DNA of 32,360 nucleotides. Source: a virus. Lineage: Duplodnaviria; Caudoviricetes. Positions within the stretch are counted from its first letter, which is position 1; every line of letters begins with the position of its first letter. The notes beneath the pieces were generated by a model that was not told the DNA's origin, ran no database searches, and was given only the letters and a program-made list of their open reading frames with translations. A program made the translations under genes and the position numbers. Location: IMG/VR virus record IMGVR_UViG_3300020045_001734, positions 1-32,360 of that record; one strand, written 5' to 3'. Shown here in pieces: positions 27,049 through 32,360 of the stretch.

Positions 27049-27701
27049 AGAACATCTATCTCGACCTCGAAACCATCCCGAACCAGACGCCGGAATATCG
27101 CGCCAAGGTTCGGGAGAACATCAAGCCACCGGCAACCATCAAGAAGCCGGAAAGCATCATGCAGTGGCTGGAGGAAAACGCCGAAACCGCCACAGACGAG
27201 GCAGTTGCCAAGACCAGTTTTGACCCCGCCTACGGGCACATTTGCTGCATTGGCTACGCAATCGAAGACGGCCCGACCGTTTCGCTATCGGCTGAAACTA
27301 CAGACCGCGAACCGATCATCTTGCAGCAGTTTTTCGATGCACTGCCAAAGATGGGAATGGCTTGCTTCATTGGTCACAACGTCGCCGCGTTCGACATGCG
27401 GTTCATCCTGTGCCGGTCAATTGTCCTTGGCGTTCGCATTCCAACCATCATCCCGCGCGACATCAAGCCGTGGTCACAAGACATATTCGACACGATGACC
27501 GCATGGGCAGGCGTCCGCAACACAATCAGCCAGGATCGTTTGGCCGATGCACTTGGCCTTGCTGGCAAGGGTGATTTCGATGGCTCGATGGTCGCCGCAG
27601 CATGGGCCAACGGCGAACACGCCAAGATCGCAGACTACTGCAAGCGAGACGTTGAAACCGTCCGCGCAATTCACAGCCGCTTTGTCGCGGTTGGTTTTTG
27701 A
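27045..27701 (+). CDS. DEDDy 3'-5' exonuclease (PolB-exo-like, standalone)
   Basis: LDLETIP (ExoI), GHNVAAFDMRF (ExoII), YCKRDV (ExoIII); GGAGG SD and ATGA overlap at 27045. Confidence 0.9.
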   Translation: MKNIYLDLETIPNQTPEYRAKVRENIKPPATIKKPESIMQWLEENAETATDEAVAKTSFDPAYGHICCIGYAIEDGPTVSLSAETTDREPIILQQFFDALPKMGMACFIGHNVAAFDMRFILCRSIVLGVRIPTIIPRDIKPWSQDIFDTMTAWAGVRNTISQDRLADALGLAGKGDFDGSMVAAAWANGEHAKIADYCKRDVETVRAIHSRFVAVGF

Positions 27702-27713
27702 AAGTTTATCGCA

Positions 27714-28070
27714 ATGACTTGGACACAAGAGGAAGCAATCAGCCTTTGCCAGCAGATCGAACAAATCTGCCCGAAATATGGCTGTCACGTCGCGCTCACT
27801 GGCGGGACACTTTACAAAGATGGGCCTCGCAAAGACTTGGACATTCTTTTTTATCGTATCCGCCAAGCGCCAGAGATCGAAATAGACGATTTATTCGCCG
27901 GTCTCGAAGATGCCCTTGGTATCGAACGAGTTACTGACGCTGCGCAGTGGTGCATCAAGGCTAAATTTGGAGAGCGCAACATGGATTGCTTCTTTCCAGA
28001 ACAGTCAGGCGAATATCCGCAAGGTGCCAGCACTTGTGAAGTTGAGATAGATTTTCAGGAGATACTATAA
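27714..28070 (+). CDS. Minimal Pol-beta-superfamily nucleotidyltransferase-like protein
   Basis: VALTGGTL...RKDLDILF plus a third acidic strand NMDCFF. Confidence 0.65.
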   Translation: MTWTQEEAISLCQQIEQICPKYGCHVALTGGTLYKDGPRKDLDILFYRIRQAPEIEIDDLFAGLEDALGIERVTDAAQWCIKAKFGERNMDCFFPEQSGEYPQGASTCEVEIDFQEIL

Positions 28071-28546
28071 TGGCCGGAACCGTTAACAAAGTCATCATCG
28101 TGGGCAACCTTGGGCAAGACCCCGAGGTTAAGTCCTTCCAGAACGGCGGGCGCATCGCAAACCTACGCATCGCTACAAGCGAAAGCTGGAAAGACAAGGC
28201 AACCGGCGAAAAGAAAGAGCGCACCGAATGGCACAGCGTCACAATCCAAGGTGACGGGCTGGTAGGCATTGCCGAACGCTATCTGCGCAAGGGCAGCAAA
28301 GTCTACATCGAAGGCAAGCTGCAAACACGCAAGTGGCAGGATCAATCAGGCGCGGACCGCTACAGCACAGAGGTTGTGGTGGGCATGGGCGGCGCTTTGA
28401 CCATGCTTGACGGCCCGAACGGTAGCGGTGGGCAATCGCAGCGCCGCGAACCGGACGGAAGCCAAGGTCATGCAGGCGGATTTGCCGATGACAGTTATCT
28501 AGGTGGGGATGATATTCCTTTCGCCCGTAACGATACGGCTTGGTAA
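28070..28546 (+). CDS. ssb: Single-stranded DNA-binding protein
   Basis: [15 protein letters not shown]...ATSESWKD...TEWH...[19 protein letters not shown]...DDIPF. Confidence 0.97.
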   Translation: MAGTVNKVIIVGNLGQDPEVKSFQNGGRIANLRIATSESWKDKATGEKKERTEWHSVTIQGDGLVGIAERYLRKGSKVYIEGKLQTRKWQDQSGADRYSTEVVVGMGGALTMLDGPNGSGGQSQRREPDGSQGHAGGFADDSYLGGDDIPFARNDTAW

Positions 28547-28878
28547 TGCGCGTCAATACCGCCCCTCGCAAGCGCAACGCGCCCCGCCCCGCATGGAAGG
28601 TTGCAACAGCCTACCTGCAATGGCTGCGAGGGCGGGCTTGCATGATGGCTGGCAATGACTGTGACGGCAAGATTGAAGCCGCCCACACGCCAGACCCATC
28701 AAGCAAAGGTATGGGCACCAAGGCCGCAGATAAAAACGCCATACCGCTCTGCCACCATCACCACGCCCTTCATACGGTCAAGGGATGGTCGGCAATCGGG
28801 CTGACAAGGGAAACTGCCATGAACGCAGCCGATGCTTATTGGCGCGCATGGACCGGCGATAAAGGTGAACTGAAATGA
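28546..28878 (+). CDS. HNH-like Zn-binding nuclease (DUF968/Ref-like)
   Basis: YLQWLRGRAC...IEAAH...GMGTKAADKNAIPLCHHHH. Confidence 0.75.
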   Translation: MRVNTAPRKRNAPRPAWKVATAYLQWLRGRACMMAGNDCDGKIEAAHTPDPSSKGMGTKAADKNAIPLCHHHHALHTVKGWSAIGLTRETAMNAADAYWRAWTGDKGELK

Positions 28879-29225
28879 ACGCCCCCGCACGTATACCGAC
28901 AGGCGGCATTGACCGCGCAATCGACGGGATCGAAACGCTCCTGGTCGAAGCCGGTCAAGCTAAGATCAAGGCGGAATCCGCAGACCTACGCCGCAAGCGC
29001 GTTCGTGCCACCCTGTTTGTAAAATACAAGGCAGATGGCAACGCAGCCGGTGCAAGTGAGCAGATGGCAGAGGCCGATCCTGTTTACGAACTGGCCTGCG
29101 CGGATTGGGAAAGCGCCGCTTACGAATACGAGACTTTGCGCGCTCAAGCCGAAGCCCGCCGCATGAAGTTTGAAGCATGGCGTACCGCAGCCGCTACCGA
29201 GCGCGCCGCCATGAATTTGAGGTGA
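28875..29225 (+). CDS. Helical hypothetical protein, possibly a recombination mediator
   Basis: All-helical; AEADPVY...FEAWRT..A.ER; located in the recombination cluster. Confidence 0.55.
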   Translation: MNAPARIPTGGIDRAIDGIETLLVEAGQAKIKAESADLRRKRVRATLFVKYKADGNAAGASEQMAEADPVYELACADWESAAYEYETLRAQAEARRMKFEAWRTAAATERAAMNLR

Positions 29226-29230
29226 GCGCC

Positions 29231-29356
29231 ATGACCTACGCCAAATGGGCGCATGAACGCAAAGCCGAAGAGGCCGAGAAGGCGCTTAAACGCAACCCGT
29301 CCGAATATTGGGCAGGCGTTGAATTGATGGATTTGCTTGAGGAGGTTGTGAAGTGA
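29231..29356 (+). CDS. Small hypothetical protein (41 aa)
   Basis: GAGGTGA SD; GTGA overlap with the next gene; translated by hand. Confidence 0.5.
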   Translation: MTYAKWAHERKAEEAEKALKRNPSEYWAGVELMDLLEEVVK

Positions 29357-29757
29357 GCGACGGACGAAACTTACTCATGGAGTATTTCCGCGCAACCAAC
29401 GACTTGCCGGAAGGTTGGCGATGGGTGTCATTCAAGGTTCTAGACCACGTTGGTAAGAATCCCAAGGACTGGCACTTTGCTCAATATGATGGCGCGGTAT
29501 ATCCGCACCTGATTACGCGCGGCCCAAGGAAGGGCAGGCCGAACTATCGCAAGCCTGTGCCGGGAACACAGCGCACCGTCATTCTCGATGACCGCGCTTT
29601 TGAGGCTTGGAAACTGCAATGGCAAAATGATACCGGACTATGCTGCGTTTGTGCTGGCAGTGGTGAAGTTTGGGCCGGTTGGTCTGCCGCAGAGGGCAAT
29701 CGGACAAGACCCTGCGATGATTGCAACACAACCGGACAGGTGCGCAATGCTGCCTGA
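29353..29757 (+). CDS. Hypothetical protein with C-terminal CxxCxGxG-type Zn finger
   Basis: CCVCAGSG...CDDCNTTG; GGAGG SD. Confidence 0.65.
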   Translation: MSDGRNLLMEYFRATNDLPEGWRWVSFKVLDHVGKNPKDWHFAQYDGAVYPHLITRGPRKGRPNYRKPVPGTQRTVILDDRAFEAWKLQWQNDTGLCCVCAGSGEVWAGWSAAEGNRTRPCDDCNTTGQVRNAA

Positions 29758-29989
29758 ACTGATCACCACCTACCTAACCGAACAAGGCATCCCCCACGAT
29801 GACCTAGACGCCTCGTTTCGCAGCATCGGGCTTGACCAGTTGGATATGCAGGAGATCGCCATGCTGATTGAGGATTGCGGCGCTGGTTACGTTTCAGACA
29901 CCGATTATGAACGCTGGCAGACCCTATCCGATGTGGTGGAGACTGTGCGGGCTGTTGACCAGCGTGAACCGTGGAAGGTGGGCGTATGA
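29747..29989 (+). CDS. Acyl-carrier-protein-like protein lacking the phosphopantetheine serine
   Basis: 80 aa, acidic; ASFRSIGLDQLDMQEIAMLIED...VSDTDYERWQTLSDVVETV aligns with AcpP ASFxxDLGxDSLDxVELVMxxEE...IPDxxAExIxTVxxxIxYI. Confidence 0.7.
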   Translation: MLPELITTYLTEQGIPHDDLDASFRSIGLDQLDMQEIAMLIEDCGAGYVSDTDYERWQTLSDVVETVRAVDQREPWKVGV

Positions 29990-30231
29990 CTGCGCGATGG
30001 CCTGCATTGATGCGCAAACGGACAGCCGCCGAGTATTGCGATATGTCCGAAGCTGCATTCCTGCGCGAGATAGTCGCAGGACGCTTCCCCGCTGGCGTGA
30101 TGATAGGCGGGCAGGAGCGGTGGCGCATGGACGCGCTGGACGCTGCAATTGCCCGTCTTGGCGGTGGAGAGCCACAGGACGAGGATATGCGCAAACTTAG
30201 GGCGATGTGTCTTGGCGAAGAAGCGGCATAA
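29986..30231 (+). CDS. Excisionase-like / AlpA-type wHTH protein
   Basis: WPALMRKRTAAEYCDMSEAAF...GRFP...RWRMDALD; immediately upstream of the integrase. Confidence 0.75.
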   Translation: MTARWPALMRKRTAAEYCDMSEAAFLREIVAGRFPAGVMIGGQERWRMDALDAAIARLGGGEPQDEDMRKLRAMCLGEEAA

Positions 30232-31240
30232 ATATCCCGAACTTGATCACGTCAAATACGTTTTGGCGCGCGGCAAGTGGTACGCCTATTTCAACACCGG
30301 ACGGGTGAAGGAGAATGGCAGGCCGGTCTACACACGGATGCCACACCCGTCAGAGCCTAGCTTCTATGGCAGCTACGCCTCATTCATGGCAGGCCGAACA
30401 CGCCGCGCGAAAGCAGCCTATACCGTCGCCAGCCTACTAGACGATTACCAGCGTTCAGCCGAGTACGGATCAAAAGCACTTGGCACACAGATCAGCTACC
30501 AGATCAGCATGGACAAAATCAGGAAGTTCCTTGGTCACTTCGCCGTGGACAACCTGACCGATGAAGCCGTGCAATTGCCGCTCGACACCCAAGGCTGGGG
30601 AGCGTCGACGCAAAACCTATTCGTTGCCGTGCTGCGCAATGCCTACAAATGGGGCAGATCAGCGCGCCGGAACAAGACCAAGCTAAAGCCTATGGATGAT
30701 TACGACCGGCAGAAAACCGGCCAGCATGAACCTTGGCCAGCGGATATTCTCGCCCAGGCAATGAAGCACAAGGACGCGCAAACACGCCTTGCCGTGCATC
30801 TGCTGTATTACACTGGCCAGCGCATCGGTGACGTGTGCAAGATGCTTTGGGCCGATGTGCAGGACGATGGCACGATCTATGTCAGGCAGCAAAAGACCGG
30901 CAAGGAAGTCTGGCCACCGATGCATAGCGCACTTCAAGCGCAGATCGCACAGACGCCTAAGCGCGGCCTGACGATCCTATGCAACGATATGGGCAAGCGC
31001 CTGACCGTCGACACGCTGCGAAGCCACTTGCAAGCTATGACCGAGGCGATGGGCACAAAGACCGTGCCGCATGGCTTACGCAAGAACGCCGTCAACGCAT
31101 TGCTTGAAGTTGGATGCAGCATTGCCGAGGTGTCCGCAATCACCGGCCAGACCATGCAGACCGTAGAGCATTACGCGGCCAAGGTGAACCGCCGCGCACT
31201 GGGGCAAGCTGCTATTTTGAAGTGGGATAAACGGGCTTAG
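30212..31240 (+). CDS. int: Tyrosine recombinase (integrase); start approximate
   Basis: YYTGQRIGDV (Arg), QQKTG (Lys), HGLRKNA (HxxR), VEHY (Tyr); N-terminal arm-binding-like strands. Confidence 0.93.
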   Translation: MAKKRHKYPELDHVKYVLARGKWYAYFNTGRVKENGRPVYTRMPHPSEPSFYGSYASFMAGRTRRAKAAYTVASLLDDYQRSAEYGSKALGTQISYQISMDKIRKFLGHFAVDNLTDEAVQLPLDTQGWGASTQNLFVAVLRNAYKWGRSARRNKTKLKPMDDYDRQKTGQHEPWPADILAQAMKHKDAQTRLAVHLLYYTGQRIGDVCKMLWADVQDDGTIYVRQQKTGKEVWPPMHSALQAQIAQTPKRGLTILCNDMGKRLTVDTLRSHLQAMTEAMGTKTVPHGLRKNAVNALLEVGCSIAEVSAITGQTMQTVEHYAAKVNRRALGQAAILKWDKRA

Positions 31241-31244
31241 GGAA

Positions 31245-31285
31245 TACGCTTGACTTGCGTATGTAAAGTACGCATTATGCGCGTA
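31245..31285 (+). promoter_or_regulatory. Sigma70 promoter overlaid by a phased TACGC/GCGTA array
   Basis: TTGACT (31250-31255)-17 nt-CATTAT (31273-31278); TACGC-N7-GCGTA-N7-TACGC-N7-GCGTA. Confidence 0.65.
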
Positions 31286-31476
31286 TGCAAGAAGCTGAAA
31301 AAACATGGCGTGATTTTCTTTCAAAGGCCGAGGCAAAGACCATTGCCAAGATCGAAAGCGCACGGATCACACAGAATGAACAGTACCGGCATATCGCAGA
31401 AAGAGCGCGGCAAAGGATGCTCCGGGCTAAAAGAACAAAGCAGGCCGGTAAAAACATTGAAGAAAACAATTCTTGA
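31285..31476 (+). CDS. Small basic helical protein, probably leaderless
   Basis: ATG 6 nt after the -10 box; no SD; Arg/Lys-rich C-terminal half. Confidence 0.55.
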   Translation: MQEAEKTWRDFLSKAEAKTIAKIESARITQNEQYRHIAERARQRMLRAKRTKQAGKNIEENNS

Positions 31477-31619
31477 AACCCAAGGAAATCAGCATGTTAG
31501 AACCCTCTCGACATGAAAAAGGGTTAAGCCCCAACCTAGACAATTCGGGCATTCCGGACAGTTCTACGGGGAAAACAACCCCTAATGCCGTCAATAAGAT
31601 AGGCGGCATGGTAAAAACA
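31447..31619. other. Putative attP region
   Basis: A-rich, downstream of int; direct repeats GGTAAAAACA (31447, 31610) and GAAAACA (31462, 31571) flank the imperfect palindrome AACCCTCTC-N7-AAAAGGGTT (31501-31525). Confidence 0.5.
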
Positions 31620-31967
31620 CCAGACACCCCCGCGCATACGCCTTTGCCTTGGCACATCGAGGAAGGCCATATCCAGCGCGACAGCAACGGCATTCGCTAT
31701 TGGCAGATCACCGATGGACAGGACGCGATTGCCTGCAACCAGTTCTGTTACGCCGGATACGATCCCGAAGTGAACGCCGCCAACGCCGCGCTAATCGTCC
31801 GCGCCGTGAACAGCCACGAAGCGCTTATTGCTGCTTTAGAGAGTGCGCTTGAGATCGCTGAATCATGGACACATGACCAGTTGGACGGCACGTCAGCGTT
31901 TAATGGTGCTTGGGCGGAGCTAGGGCCTGTCCGCGCCGCCCTCACTAAAGCAAAGGCCGGATCATGA
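31608..31967 (+). CDS. Phage HTPxPW...ANAxLI family hypothetical protein
   Basis: HTPLPW...AANAALIVRAVNSHEALIAALE; ATG 31608 preferred over the ORF-track start. Confidence 0.7.
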   Translation: MVKTPDTPAHTPLPWHIEEGHIQRDSNGIRYWQITDGQDAIACNQFCYAGYDPEVNAANAALIVRAVNSHEALIAALESALEIAESWTHDQLDGTSAFNGAWAELGPVRAALTKAKAGS

Positions 31968-32269
31968 CACATACGCCCGGACCTTGGCAGGTAATTGGCA
32001 GCCACCCATCCGAAGGCTTTGACTGCTTTTGGATCAAAGGTCAGCCGAACCCATTGATGCGCGGTTTTACCAAAGAGATTGGCTGCATCAACGGCCCGCA
32101 AGCAAACGCAGAAGTTGCAGCCGACGCCCGACTGATTGCCGCCGCGCCTGAATTACTCTCCCTCGCCCATCAATACGCCAGCGACTTACGCCACCCGCCT
32201 AGCGCTGATAGCGTAGCCCGCCGGTTGGAGCGCATTGCTGCCGTGTTGGCGAAGGTGGGTGATGTATGA
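31964..32269 (+). CDS. Phage HTPGPW...ADARLIAAAPELL family hypothetical protein
   Basis: MTHTPGPW...ADARLIAAAPELL; ATGA overlaps. Confidence 0.75.
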   Translation: MTHTPGPWQVIGSHPSEGFDCFWIKGQPNPLMRGFTKEIGCINGPQANAEVAADARLIAAAPELLSLAHQYASDLRHPPSADSVARRLERIAAVLAKVGDV

Positions 32270-32360
32270 GTGAGCAAGCTTTCATTCCGGTGCGCGGGCA
32301 ATCTTTTAGTTCACAACAAGACTGGATTAATCGTGCATCCCGTGCGCTGACATCACACCC
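32266..32360 (+). CDS. Partial hypothetical protein running off the window
   Basis: ATGA overlap; MSEQAFIPVRGQSFSSQQDWINRASRALTSH open to the edge. Confidence 0.5.
   Translation, partial: MSEQAFIPVRGQSFSSQQDWINRASRALTSH

Noticed and set aside
29353-29757. DnaJ chaperone partnering GroES
   Set aside because: Only two CxxCxGxG-like motifs and no J-domain HPD motif; such Zn fingers are common in phage proteins
31473-31607. N-terminal extension of the 164-aa ORF
   Set aside because: Runs through the attP-like repeats from a TTG start; ATG 31608 is more plausible
1-32360. tRNA, DGR/reverse transcriptase, IS elements, methyltransferases, genome-wide stop-codon reassignment
   Set aside because: None recognised by eye; genes are intact under the standard code with TAA, TGA and TAG used as stops

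Overview
This window is a ~32 kb piece of one temperate tailed-phage genome. It has a P22-like short tail and a lambdoid genetic switch. The host is probably an alphaproteobacterium (inferred from the SSB and regulator sequences; Sphingomonadales is a guess). The minus strand, read right to left, carries cro, a GIY-YIG gene, a cII-like gene, small early genes, a YdaU-like initiator with iterons, an SF2 helicase, a primase, TerS/TerL, portal, GroES, a head-spike base, scaffold, decoration protein, major capsid, gp4/gp10/gp26 tail proteins, a GNAT, three ejection proteins with an interposed M15 peptidase, and a tailspike that runs off the left edge and is missing from the ORF track. The plus strand carries cI, a three-gene immunity-region cassette, the PL operon (ERF, 3'-5' exonuclease, nucleotidyltransferase-like gene, SSB, HNH-like gene, ACP-like gene, xis, integrase), a probably intact attP, and further phage genes. 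No lysis cassette, tRNA, rRNA or CRISPR array was seen. The most unusual observations are: (1) an acyl-carrier-protein-like gene whose phosphopantetheine Ser is replaced by Gln; (2) an M15 peptidase ORF positioned so that recoding could fuse it to the ejection proteins; (3) a lipoprotein/soluble/membrane cassette downstream of cI; (4) a minimal nucleotidyltransferase in the recombination module; (5) a perfectly phased TACGC/GCGTA array over a leaderless promoter after the integrase. All family calls come from motif recognition by eye, not database searches.
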